Assembly (NCBI GenBank): GCA_965222155.1
Contig: CBDCTH010000012.1
Location: 96,001 to 160,000 of the forward strand
Source: Gammaproteobacteria bacterium
GTDB taxonomy: Bacteria; Pseudomonadota; Gammaproteobacteria; Eutrophobiales; Eutrophobiaceae
Reading direction: 5' to 3'
DNA length: 64,000 nucleotides
Of the stretch, positions 1-9,381 are shown piece by piece (positions within the stretch are counted from its first letter, which is position 1; each line of letters begins with the position of its first letter). The position numbers were made by a program, and so were the translations under genes. The notes under the pieces were generated by a model that did not search any database, was not told where the DNA came from, and saw nothing but the letters and a program-made list of their open reading frames with translations.

Positions 1-117
1 GAAGACATTGTGGCGCAACTGGATCGGATCAGGATACAGCGCGACCATATCCTGATCATGAGTAATGGCGGGTTTGAAAATATTTACCGGCGTCTGATTG
101 AGAGGTTGTCAAACTGA
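1..117 (+). CDS. mpl: 3' end of murein peptide ligase Mpl (partial)
   Basis: Frame 1 reads ...RDHILIMSNGGFENIYRRLIERLSN*; the hhMSNGGF C-terminal motif is typical of Mpl; TGA overlaps the next ATG. Confidence 0.7.
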   Translation, partial: EDIVAQLDRIRIQRDHILIMSNGGFENIYRRLIERLSN

Positions 118-725
118 TGCAAACCGTCCCCCTGTTCCCGCTGCATACCGTTTTATACCCGGATGGCCAACTGCCGCTACGGATATTCGAGCCGCGCTAC
201 GTGGACATGGTCAGCGAGTGCCTGAAAACCAATAGCGGATTCGGGGTTTGCCTGATAAAACAGGGAGCGGAAACCGGTCCGGCGGCCACCTGTTTCAACG
301 TAGGCACATACGCGGAAATTATTGATTTCTCGCGCCAGACAAACGGCTTGTTGACTATTACCATACAGGGGAAAAGACGCTTACGGGTTTTGCAAACGGC
401 TGTACGGAGCAATAATTTACTCACAGGGAATATCGACTGGATTGCCTCGGACGAAGCAGAGGAAGGTCTGGATGAATACCCGTTGCTCAAGGATATATAC
501 CGGCATATCGTCGAGAATTATGACACCTTATATGCAGATGAAGAGCACGAGTCAGTGAGTCCGGAAGTACTCAGTTATCGCCTGGCGGAATTTTTACCGT
601 TTGACAATAACATCAAGCAGGAAATCCTGGAAGCAGACAGGGCGAAGGCCCGGCTGGAGTTAATCAAAACAAACCTGATGAGTATGGAAATTGAGTTTGA
701 TGCCACCGAGTCCGGTATGCAATAG
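117..725 (+). CDS. LON peptidase substrate-binding domain protein
   Basis: VPLFPLHTVLYPDGQLPLRIFEPRY N-terminal motif; no ATPase or protease domain. Confidence 0.85.
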   Translation: MQTVPLFPLHTVLYPDGQLPLRIFEPRYVDMVSECLKTNSGFGVCLIKQGAETGPAATCFNVGTYAEIIDFSRQTNGLLTITIQGKRRLRVLQTAVRSNNLLTGNIDWIASDEAEEGLDEYPLLKDIYRHIVENYDTLYADEEHESVSPEVLSYRLAEFLPFDNNIKQEILEADRAKARLELIKTNLMSMEIEFDATESGMQ

Positions 726-727
726 CA

Positions 728-1357
728 ATGTATTATCCTGATTTATCCAAATCCTTGGATCCGGTCACGCTCAGTCTGGTCGGTCTGACGCCCATGCTGG
801 CGGTATCGACCACGCTGCTCAGCGGTCTGTCCATAGGGATTGTCTACCTTGCCGTGTTGATCCTGACCGGCGTTACCGCGTCCTGCGCCGGACGCATTAT
901 CCCGATGCAGCATAAATCTGTTTATTTATTGCTGATCTCGGCAGCCTGGGTGTCAATCGTCGACTTACTGTTACAGGCCTGGTGGTATGAGCTCAGGAAC
1001 CAACTCGGTATTTACCTGCTTCTCCTGGCCATGAATACCACTCTCCTGTTTCATCTTGACGCGTTCCCGTGGCAAAAAAGTTTGCGGGAGGGTGCACTGG
1101 TCAGCCTGAAAACAGCCCTGACGGGTGTTGCCTTAGTCACAGCCACAGGCCTGTTGCGTGAATTAGCGGCCAGGGGAGGCATACTGACGGATATTCACCT
1201 GGTATCCCATGTTGAACCATTGGGTTCACTACAGCCTGTATCCATTTTCACGAGGGGATTACACCTGTTTGACGGTAGCGCCGGCGCGTTCATCATCTTC
1301 GGGTTATTGCTGGCTGCCCTGTCACTTCCCATCCCGGGTAGAATCCGCTCTTCCTGA
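728..1357 (+). CDS. Divergent Rnf/Rsx subunit E-like membrane protein
   Basis: Multi-TM; GLTPMLAVS, LGIYLLL, GLLREL, GAFIIFG echo RsxE; directly upstream of nth as in rsxE-nth synteny. Confidence 0.65.
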   Translation: MYYPDLSKSLDPVTLSLVGLTPMLAVSTTLLSGLSIGIVYLAVLILTGVTASCAGRIIPMQHKSVYLLLISAAWVSIVDLLLQAWWYELRNQLGIYLLLLAMNTTLLFHLDAFPWQKSLREGALVSLKTALTGVALVTATGLLRELAARGGILTDIHLVSHVEPLGSLQPVSIFTRGLHLFDGSAGAFIIFGLLLAALSLPIPGRIRSS

Positions 1358-1367
1358 TCAGCAGACC

Positions 1368-2024
1368 TTGAACCGTAGCAAACGCGCACAAATCTTTTCC
1401 CTGCTAAGGCGACATAACCCTGCGCCTGCGACGGAACTTCGTTATTCCAGTCCCTTTGAGTTGCTCGTATCCGTTATCCTGTCGGCGCAGGCCACGGATG
1501 TCAGTGTCAACAAGGCTACGGAAAAACTGTTCCCGGCGGCCAATACGCCGGAGCAGTTTATCAGGCTGGGCGAACCGGGATTGAAGCAATATATCAAATC
1601 GATCGGCCTGTACAACACAAAAGCCGAAAACATTATCAAGACCTGCCATATCCTGGTTGATACCCATGCCGGCAAGGTGCCTGAGAACCGGGAAGCATTG
1701 GAAAAACTGCCGGGGGTCGGCAGGAAAACGGCAAACGTCATCCTCAATACCGCTTTCGGCCAACCCACCATTGCCGTAGACACCCACATATTCCGGGTAT
1801 CCAACCGCACCGGTCTGGCGCCCGGCAAAAACGTCCTGGAAGTCGAGCAGCGCCTGCTGAAGTTCGTCTCTGATGAGTACAAACAGGACGCCCACCACTG
1901 GCTGATCCTGCACGGCCGTTATACCTGCATGGCGCGCAAACCGAAATGCGCTGGCTGCCTGATCTATGAGCTGTGTGAGTGGAAAGAGAAGAAAATGTTC
2001 AGGGACGTTCAGCAGGGGCAATAA
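1368..2024 (+). CDS. nth: Endonuclease III
   Basis: LSAQATD, HhH LPGVGRKTANV, AVDTH, C-x6-C-x2-C-x5-C 4Fe-4S motif; probable TTG start at 1368. Confidence 0.95.
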   Translation: MNRSKRAQIFSLLRRHNPAPATELRYSSPFELLVSVILSAQATDVSVNKATEKLFPAANTPEQFIRLGEPGLKQYIKSIGLYNTKAENIIKTCHILVDTHAGKVPENREALEKLPGVGRKTANVILNTAFGQPTIAVDTHIFRVSNRTGLAPGKNVLEVEQRLLKFVSDEYKQDAHHWLILHGRYTCMARKPKCAGCLIYELCEWKEKKMFRDVQQGQ

Positions 2025-2086
2025 CAGGTGGACATCGGCACCTTTTGAAAACGAAGATGTGGCTGTAAGTGTTGGCATGTCTACCG

Positions 2087-2226
2087 TCGTCATTCCGGCG
2101 AATGCCGGAATCCAGTGGAACAAGGAGTCGCCGGAGCCTGCCCCGGCATGTCGTAAGCCAGGGGCGACACAGTATCAGACTGGGTTCCGGCCTGCCTGCT
2201 GCAGGCAGACGCCGGAACGACGACGG
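2087..2226. repeat. CGTC-tagged palindromic (REP-like) inverted pair
   Basis: CGTCATTCCGGCGAATGCCGGAATCCAG ... CTGGGTTCCGGC..GCCGGAACGACG; same family recurs near 19307, 35562, 40463, 53.9-54.3 kb and 56.1 kb. Confidence 0.8.
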
Positions 2227-2338
2227 AGGTAACAGCATAACAATGCTACAGATATGTCTGCGCAAGCAGGAATCCAGTAGAGCGATTATTCCTTGTCTGT
2301 GAAGCAAGGTTATCGGGCGTGTTTTGAAAGAGATTGAT

Positions 2339-5300
2339 ATGTCAGGACAACTATTCAAACAATATTTTTTAACGGACGGTATCAGGGAAACCAGGGAGTG
2401 GCAGGAATCGGTGAAGCAACCGGAGACGTATACCGGGTTCGCCAATGCCATCACCGCTCGCTTCAACAATTTCAGTCGCTTCAGTGAACCCAATGAAGCG
2501 GTTACGGAACAGGAACTCATTCGTCCGGTCCTGGAGATGCTGGGCTGGACCGACTACCTGCCGCAGCAGGGCACAGCGCGCAATGAGGACGTTCCCGATC
2601 ACCTTCTCTTTGCTGACGCGGACGCGAAGAAGCGGGCCAGTGCCCGCGGCAATTCGCAAGATCGTTATAAGGATGCGCTGCTGGTACAGGAAAGCAAGCG
2701 TATCGGCCGGTCTCTCGATAGCCGGGCAGATGACGAGCAGGCGCATGAGGGCACGCCCCAGGGGCAGATATTACGCTACCTGTTAACTGCTGAAATTGTG
2801 TCGGGGGGTCAGGTCCGTTGGGGCATTCTCACCAACGGCAGTGTCTGGCGACTTTACGACCAGCGCGCCAGACCGCGCGCCAGTGGCTTCTTCGAGACCG
2901 ACCTCAAGGCGATACTGGCTCAGGATGATGAAGACGGGCTGAGGATGTTCTTTCTGCTGTTTCACCGGGAAGCGTACCTGCTCCGGCAGGGCGCAACGGC
3001 TACCTTCCTGGAAGCCGCCCTCGCGCAGGGCCGGCGCTACGAAGAACAGGTGGCCCAGGACCTTTCAAGCGTCGTCTTTGATCGTGTCTTCCCCGGTCTC
3101 GTAAGGGCGCTTGCGGACGCTACCGGAAAAAGCCTGTCGCAGGTTCGCCCCGCCGCGCTGATCTTCCTGTACAGGTTGCTGTTCATCCTGTACGCCGAGG
3201 ACCGCGGGCTGTTGCCTGTCAACGACCTTCGCTATGATGATTACGGCCTGCGCAAGCGGGTGCGAGACGATATCGCGCAACGGAAAAAGCAGGGTGATAT
3301 CTTCTCCGACACGGCAGCCAACTACTACAACCGCTTGACCGAGCTTTTCAGGCTTATCGACAGGGGTGACGACTCCATCGGCTTACCTCCCTACAACGGC
3401 GGGCTGTTCGCGTCCGGGACTGCGCCGATTCTTGGCCGCGCGCGCCTGTCGGACGTGGTGGTCGCTGATATTATTTATGACCTGAGCCACACCGGAAGCG
3501 CGGATGAGCGTCGCTTTGTCAATTACCGCGACCTGTCGGTGCAGCAGATGGGTTCAATCTACGAGAGGCTGCTGGAGCGCGAACCGGTGCGCGCAGACGA
3601 CGGGAGCGTGTCGACCCGTCCCAATCCGTATGCGCGCAAGGACAGCGGCAGCTTCTACACGCCACAGGAGCTGGTTGACCTGATTGTGGAGCAGACGCTT
3701 AAACCGTTGGCTGAAGAGCGATTACAGGCGTTCGAGCACAGGTCGGAAGCGCTCAGGAGCGACCGTCGTCCAAAGGCCGAACGCTACGCCGAACTGGCCG
3801 ATCTGGACCCGTCCGAAGCGGTCTTGAATGTCAAAGTCCTGGACCCGGCGATGGGAAGCGGTCACTTCCTTGTCAGTGCGGTGGACTTCCTGTCTGACTA
3901 CATTGTTACCCTGGTCGAATATGTGCCGGCAGTGCCGGAATGGCTGGACGGCAAGTACACATCGCCACTCGTTGAGCGGATAACCGCAATCCGGGCCGAT
4001 ATTCTGAAACGGGCCGTCGAGTCCGGCTGGGTTATTGACGAGGCGCAGTTTACCGACCAGGCCATTATCCGGCGGATGGTGCTCAAACGCTGTATCTACG
4101 GCGTGGACAAGAACCCGCTGACCGTCGAGTTGGCGAAGATATCGCTGTGGCTGCACAGTTTCACCGTCGGCGCGCCGCTGTCGTTCCTGGACCACCACCT
4201 GCGCTGTGGCGATTCGCTTATCGGTCTCAGTGTGAAAAGCGCCACCGAGGAGTTGTACCGGCTTGGCAGCCTGTTTGTTTCCAGCGCTATTCAGGGCGCC
4301 GAGAACGCCGCCGCCGGTATGCAGCTCATCGAGGAGATGTCCGATGCTGACCTGTCGGAGGTGCGCGAGTCGGCAGACCTGTTCCGAGGCGTTGAAGCAA
4401 CAACAGTGAGCTTACGCGGCCTTCTTGACTTCGTCTGCGGCCTGCGCTGGCTGACGGCGGGAATGAACAAGTCGCAGCGCGCCGGTTTTGAGATTCCTCT
4501 CGTTGAGGCATTGGGAGCGAACCCCGATAACGCCTATAAGATGCTGTCCGGCGGCCCCGCCGCCGCGGCGGGTGATCAGGAAGAATCCTCTCCCTTCGGA
4601 GTGTTATGGAATCAAGCTGTGTCAATAGCCAGGCGCGAGGGCTTCCTGCATTGGCAGGTGGCCTTCCCCGGCGTCTAGCAGCGCTGGCAGGATCAGCGTC
4701 CTGAAGGCGGATTCGACGCCATAATTGGGAACCCTCCCTGGGAGCGCATCAAGCTGCAAGAAGTGGAGTGGTTCGCGACCCGCGCTCCGGAGCTGGCTCG
4801 CGCCCCGACCGCTGCCGCGCGTAAGGCCGGGATCAGGCAGCTTCGCGAACGGGGCGAGCCGTTGGCGCATGAGTTCGACGCGGCCAAGGCCCGTGCTGAT
4901 GACCTCGGTCAAATGGTTCGCACATCAGGTCACTACCCCCTGCTGGGCGGGGGTGATATCAACCTCTACTCACTGTTTGTCGAAAGGGCTATGGGGTTGG
5001 TCAAACCTGACGGTCTGGTGGGGTTGCTCACGCCGTCCGGCATCTACGCCGACAAGACTGCGGCGCGGTTCTTCAAGACTGTTTCGACAAGTGGACAAAT
5101 CGCCGGCTTGTTCGACTTCGAGAACCGCCGCCTCAGGTCCAACCAGCCACCATTTTTCCCGGACGTGGACTCGCGTTTCAAATTCTGCGCCCTGATATTC
5201 GGCGCTGACGAGCGACATTTTACAGAGACCCGGTGTGCTTTCTTCCTCAACGACACCGGCGCAATCAACGACCCGGAGCGCTGCTTCCCCTTATCACCTG

Positions 5301-6400
5301 AGGATTTCGCCCGGGTGAACCCCAATACCGGCACCGCGCCAATCTTCCGCCGCCGCGGCGACGCCGACATCACTCGCCGCATCTACGAGCGGCACCCGGT
5401 GCTCGTTGACCGTTCAGGCGATGAGCAGCGCCGCGCCTGGCCGGTACGCTACCAAACCATGTTTCACATGACCAACGACTCCCACCTGTTCCGTAGCGCG
5501 GCACAACTTGAAGCTGGAGGCTTCTATCCCGTTGAGGGCAATCGCTGGAAACGGGGAGAGGAACTGTACCTGCCGCTGTATGAGGGGAAGATGGTGCAGG
5601 CCTTTGACCACCGAGCCGCCAGCGTAGTGGTTAATCCCACAAATTTGAGCCGGCCCGCGCAGCCCATGATAACTACTTTGACACAACACCAAGATCCGGA
5701 CTGGCTACCCACCCCACAGTTTTGGGTTCCAGCATCGAAATGTGGTTGGCCGTCGGGATCAACCTGGGTTCTTGGCTTCAAGGAAATTACGGCGCCCACG
5801 AACGTCAGAACATTCATCTCGGCGCTTTTACCAACGGTTGGATTCGGGAACAAAGTACCAATTCTCAAACCAGAGACGATAAACCGCAATGAATGGTTAC
5901 TAGCCGCCAACTTCAACGCAATAATCTTCGACTTTGCCGCACGCCAGAAAATTCAAGGCCAGACCTTGAATCTGTTCATCGTTGAGCAGCTTCCTGTCAT
6001 AGCATCCGATGACTACGACCGGCAGTTCGGAGATATTACCGCCCGCGATCTCGTCCGCGACCACGTGCTTCGTCTCACCTATACGGCCCACGACATGGCG
6101 CCGTTTGCCCGCGACCTCGGCTATGACGGGCCGCCGTTCACTTGGGACGAAGAGGAGCGGCGTCACCTGCGCGCCCGCCTTGATGCGTTGTACTTCCACC
6201 TGTATGGGTTGTCGCGGCAGGATGCGAGTTACATACTGGATACCTTCCCTATCGTCCGCAAAGAAGATGAAGCAAAGTTTGGCTGCTACCGCACCCGTGA
6301 CCTTATCCTGGCATACATGAATGCCCTGGTGGCTGGTGATACAGAGACGATTGTAGCGGTACAGGGGAACCGAAGAAGCGCCTCACGGCGCCAAAGATAG
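2339..6400 (+). pseudogene. Type IIG (Eco57I-like) fused restriction endonuclease-methyltransferase with in-frame TAG at 4676-4678
   Basis: ORFs 2324-4678 and 4763-6400 share one frame: ...HWQVAFPGV*QRWQDQRPEGGFDAIIGNPPW; PD..ESK nuclease motif, motif I VLDPAMGSGHFL, motif IV NPPW. Confidence 0.85.
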
Positions 6401-6420
6401 TGAAAAAAACAGAAATTGTA

Positions 6421-6672
6421 TCAGGCAGCTCGCCTACCGGTAATAGCTTCACGCAGCCCTTCGAGCAAGCCTTCCAGTTTGCCCATCCTACCGGCCATAT
6501 CTTCACGGAACTTCGATTGTTCCTTGCCCTGCTCGTCAATGCGCCTGGCCAGGTCATCAATCCGCTTGTTCAAGTCGCTACGCAATCCACGTTGATTAAA
6601 GTGGATAAAGGCAGCTATAGCGATCACCGCGCTGATGATACCGATGATGGTTGTCCATATTTCCGGGGTCAT
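6421..6672 (-). CDS. Small hypothetical protein: N-terminal TM helix plus coiled coil
   Basis: MTPEIWTTIIGIISAVIAIAAF then heptad-like LRSDLNKRIDDL...LEGLREAI. Confidence 0.6.
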   Translation of the reverse strand: MTPEIWTTIIGIISAVIAIAAFIHFNQRGLRSDLNKRIDDLARRIDEQGKEQSKFREDMAGRMGKLEGLLEGLREAITGRRAA

Positions 6673-6831
6673 GTCGTCAGTATAGCAGAATCCGCAGTAG
6701 CTTACGGATACACATAAAATCTAAACAGTTGCTCCCGCTAAATCGAGGTCAACACAGTGATTTTTGCCGGATTCGGGCAAGGGGGACAGATTTAAATGGG
6801 ACTTACTATACAATCTTACCCAAGGGTTTGG

Positions 6832-7248
6832 TTATTCAAAGAACAGGGGTCCCAATACTTTATGGCTTATCTCCCACATTTCGTGAGGTTGGTCTTCTAT
6901 ATAAATTTTGCATGAATGAGAATCCTTGTTCCAACGCGGATAGGTAAGCATTTCATCTTCATGTGCGCTAATTCTGATGGCATTGATTGATTTTTCAAAG
7001 TAAACAGATTTGATATCATTGCTGTCCTGATCGTCCTCAGGGAAACGGCGAACGCTGAACATAGGATAAATTCCTTCGCCATTTTGTTCCAATTGAAAAG
7101 CAAAACCGCGCCTGCGCTTGGCTGACAGTTTATTTGCTTCCTCCACATCGCGTTGCACTATTTGAAAGAGCGATTCGAACGTTAGATAAAGGTTGCACTT
7201 GGCTCGTTCGGCGACCTGGTTAGGGGGCAATGGCGTATTCTCAAACAT
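6832..7248 (-). CDS. Hypothetical passenger protein (138 aa)
   Basis: AT-rich ORF inside the IS, divergent from the transposase; no recognised motif. Confidence 0.6.
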   Translation of the reverse strand: MFENTPLPPNQVAERAKCNLYLTFESLFQIVQRDVEEANKLSAKRRRGFAFQLEQNGEGIYPMFSVRRFPEDDQDSNDIKSVYFEKSINAIRISAHEDEMLTYPRWNKDSHSCKIYIEDQPHEMWEISHKVLGPLFFE

Positions 7249-7291
7249 CCATAATTATATTAGCAGCAAAGGAAATAATTACCAAAAAAGC

Positions 7292-7320
7292 TTGACTTTT
7301 GGGTTGTTTTTGGGTAAAAT
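7292..7320 (+). promoter_or_regulatory. Sigma70-type promoter of the transposase
   Basis: TTGACT-N17-TAAAAT, 28 nt upstream of ATG 7349. Confidence 0.65.
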
Positions 7321-7348
7321 ACTCCCATATATTAATAGGTGCAACCAG

Positions 7349-8257
7349 ATGAAAAAGCAAAGAAATAAGTTATCAGTAGTCCAGATAATGAATATGTTTC
7401 CCGATGATGAAACTGCGGAGCAATGGTTTATAAATTGCCGCTGGCAACATGGGATAGATTGCCCGGCCTGTGGGTCAAAGCGAGTTTCGGAAAGAACGAC
7501 AGGCAAGCGGTCATGGCGTTGTAAGGATTGCCGTAAGGATTTTAGCACCAAGACCGGAACGTTAATGCAGGGCAGTAACCTGGGGTTCCGGGTGTGGGCG
7601 ATTGCTATTTACCTACTGACTACCAGCCTGAAGGGGATTGCCAGCACCAAGCTGGCGAGCGACTTGGGGATTACACAAAAGGTTGCCTGGCACCTGGCGA
7701 TGCGGATTCGGGAAACCTGCGGGGATAGGATGGCCCAGCTTCAGGGCGTTGTTGAGGTAGATGAAACGTATATTGGCGGCAAAAAAACTAATAAACATCA
7801 GAGCAAGCGTATTCCTGGCCGGGGGCCGTCCGGCAAGCAGGCGGTTATCGGCGCTAAGGAGAGAGGCGGCAACATCAGGGCAAAAAGCATTACCCGGCCA
7901 GACTTCTACAATCTCCGATCCTTCGTTAGTGAGGTTGTTGCTGAAGATGCCAATGTCATTACCGATGAGAACCGAGGGTATCAAGGTATTCCACAGGCGC
8001 ACCAGACAGTACACCATTCAGCTAAGGAATATGTCCGGGACCAAGCGCATACAAATGGTATTGAGTCCTTTTGGGCTTTATTAAAGCGGGGCTATTATAG
8101 CACTCACCATCACATGAGTTATAAGCATCTGGATCGGTACGTTAAGGAGTTCTCAGGCCGGGCCAATGACCGCCAGTCACACACTATTGAACAGATGTCG
8201 CACATGGCGCAGGCTATGAGAGGGAAACAATTGAGGTACAATGATCTGATTGCTTAG
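7349..8257 (+). CDS. IS1595-family (ISXO2-like) DDE transposase
   Basis: Zn ribbon CPACG...CKDC, HTH, VEVDETYIGG, ITDE, HTNGIESFWALLKRG, HLDRYVKEF. Confidence 0.93.
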   Translation: MKKQRNKLSVVQIMNMFPDDETAEQWFINCRWQHGIDCPACGSKRVSERTTGKRSWRCKDCRKDFSTKTGTLMQGSNLGFRVWAIAIYLLTTSLKGIASTKLASDLGITQKVAWHLAMRIRETCGDRMAQLQGVVEVDETYIGGKKTNKHQSKRIPGRGPSGKQAVIGAKERGGNIRAKSITRPDFYNLRSFVSEVVAEDANVITDENRGYQGIPQAHQTVHHSAKEYVRDQAHTNGIESFWALLKRGYYSTHHHMSYKHLDRYVKEFSGRANDRQSHTIEQMSHMAQAMRGKQLRYNDLIA

Positions 8258-8337
8258 CAGCAACTCCCAAGCACGATCAGTAAGTGGTTAAAAAAGCTAT
8301 ATTGGCCTGTCCGCGACACCCGCCTGGGTTAAAATAA

Positions 8338-8372
8338 AAAACCCGTGAACTCAACTGAGTTGCACGGGTTTT
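8338..8372. terminator. Long hairpin between transposase and tRNA
   Basis: AAAACCCGTG-AACTCA..TGAGTT-G-CACGGGTTTT, flanked by A and T tracts. Confidence 0.55.
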
Positions 8373-8380
8373 AATTTATC

Positions 8381-8465
8381 GCCCGGGTGGCGAAATTGGT
8401 AAACGCAGGAGTCTCGCACACTCCCAGTCCTCGTGGCTTTGCGGGTTCGAATCCCGCTCCGGGCA
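8381..8465 (+). tRNA. tRNA with Leu-type body and anticodon CGC (Ala); no encoded CCA
   Basis: Acceptor GCCCGGG/TCCGGGC plus A73; D arm GCG-AAATTGGTAAA-CGC; anticodon stem GGAGT/ACTCC with loop CT-CGC-AC; long variable arm AGTC/GGCT; T arm GCGGG-TTCGAAT-CCCGC. Confidence 0.88.
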
Positions 8466-8516
8466 CTCCTTTCTAGTGCACTTAGAAAGTCATTATAGTT
8501 ATTGTAATTCGGTATA

Positions 8517-8663
8517 TCAAACCGTGTTGTTTTTCTTCAAGTATTGCCAGTCTTTCTTCGGCGGGGCCTGCATGATGGCAACGGCAACCCCTTCAGGCCT
8601 GGTATCAACCGGCGGGATCACATTCTTAACAGGCCTCCCGCGCTGTTTAGTTTTCTTGGTCAT
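8517..8663 (-). CDS. 48-aa basic micro-protein with RGRP (AT-hook-like) motif
   Basis: MTKKTKQRGRPVKNVIPPVDTRPEGVAVAIMQAPPKKDWQYLKKNNTV; ATG 9 nt after the hicA stop; below ORF-track cutoff. Confidence 0.55.
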   Translation of the reverse strand: MTKKTKQRGRPVKNVIPPVDTRPEGVAVAIMQAPPKKDWQYLKKNNTV

Positions 8664-8672
8664 AACCAATTT

Positions 8673-8879
8673 TTATAATTCATGCTCTTCAATGCCAGTG
8701 ATATTCATTATTTTTTTCTGTAGTCCTACTTTTAAAGATTTATTGCCATGAACCGGTATTGAAATGGGATAAATCTCACCCTCCTTTACATAAATATGAT
8801 GGCTACCTTTAATGCGCTTAAGCTGCCACCCCTTCTTCCGGATAAGATAACACAACGTCTTTCCGCCTACTGTCTTCAA
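8673..8879 (-). CDS. hicA: HicA family toxin
   Basis: GWQLKRIKGSHHIY...ISIPVHGNKSLKVG. Confidence 0.88.
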   Translation of the reverse strand: MKTVGGKTLCYLIRKKGWQLKRIKGSHHIYVKEGEIYPISIPVHGNKSLKVGLQKKIMNITGIEEHEL

Positions 8880-9078
8880 AAGTAATCTCCCGTAAATCCC
8901 GTTCCAGGATAGTCTTTACATTATCAGCAAGAACAGATAAGCAACCATCAACAGCGTCCTTTAAATTAACAATCAACTCGTTAATTGTGTCTCCTTGTGT
9001 TACACAGCCAGGAATAGACGTAACTTCTGCCCAATAACCTCCTTCATCTGCAATATGAACGATAATCTCTGTTTTCAT
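8818..9078 (-). CDS. hicB: HicB family antitoxin (short, no DNA-binding domain)
   Basis: EGGYWAEVTSIPGCVTQGDTINEL; hicB-hicA order. Confidence 0.88.
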   Translation of the reverse strand: MKTEIIVHIADEGGYWAEVTSIPGCVTQGDTINELIVNLKDAVDGCLSVLADNVKTILERDLREITFEDSRRKDVVLSYPEEGVAA

Positions 9079-9381
9079 AACAGTTATCCTAATAACCATT
9101 TAGTGCGTACCCTAAAGGTACGTATACAATATATTATATATTTCAAACAGAAAAAATCAATTTTTTTGTTGACATCAATCTACCGCTAATCACGGGGTCA
9201 TGGGTAAGATTGTATATAAGTCCTATTTAAATCTGTCCCCCAGGAGGCCGAAGACAGCGGGGACAGATTTAAATCTGTCCCCTAGGAGGCGCGGGACATG
9301 TTTCCCTGGGATGGAGGGCGTCTCGCCCTCCACGAGGGCAGGATGCCCTCGATCCCGGGAGTTAGCGGGAGCACCTGAAAT

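Larger units (their letters stand above)
6798..9224 (+). mobile_element. IS1595-family transporter IS (tIS) with passenger genes and a tRNA
   Basis: TIRs GGGACTTACTATACAATCTTACCCA (6798-6822) and TGGGTAAGATTGTATATAAGTCCT (9201-9224); 8-bp TSD ATTTAAAT (6790-6797, 9225-9232); encloses the transposase. Confidence 0.9.
6726..9377. mobile_element. MITE of the 176-bp family, interrupted by the IS1595 element
   Basis: Ends CAGTTGCTCCCGCTAA / TTAGCGGGAGCACCTG; flanking 9-bp duplication AAATCTAAA (6717-6725, 9378-9386). Confidence 0.85.

Noticed and set aside
6400-6717. 105-aa plus-strand ORF following the R-M gene
   Set aside because: Antisense to the more protein-like TM/coiled-coil ORF 6421-6672.
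7193-7348. 52-aa N-terminal extension of the transposase in the ORF track
   Set aside because: Overlaps the divergent ORF and contains the -35/-10 promoter; ATG 7349 is the better start.
8381-8465. tRNA as selC/pylT, an ordinary tRNA-Ala, or the island's integration site
   Set aside because: Anticodon is neither TCA nor CTA and the fold is canonical 7/5; it lacks G3:U70 and has a long variable arm; it lies inside IS termini, and I saw no duplicated tRNA 3' end or integrase.
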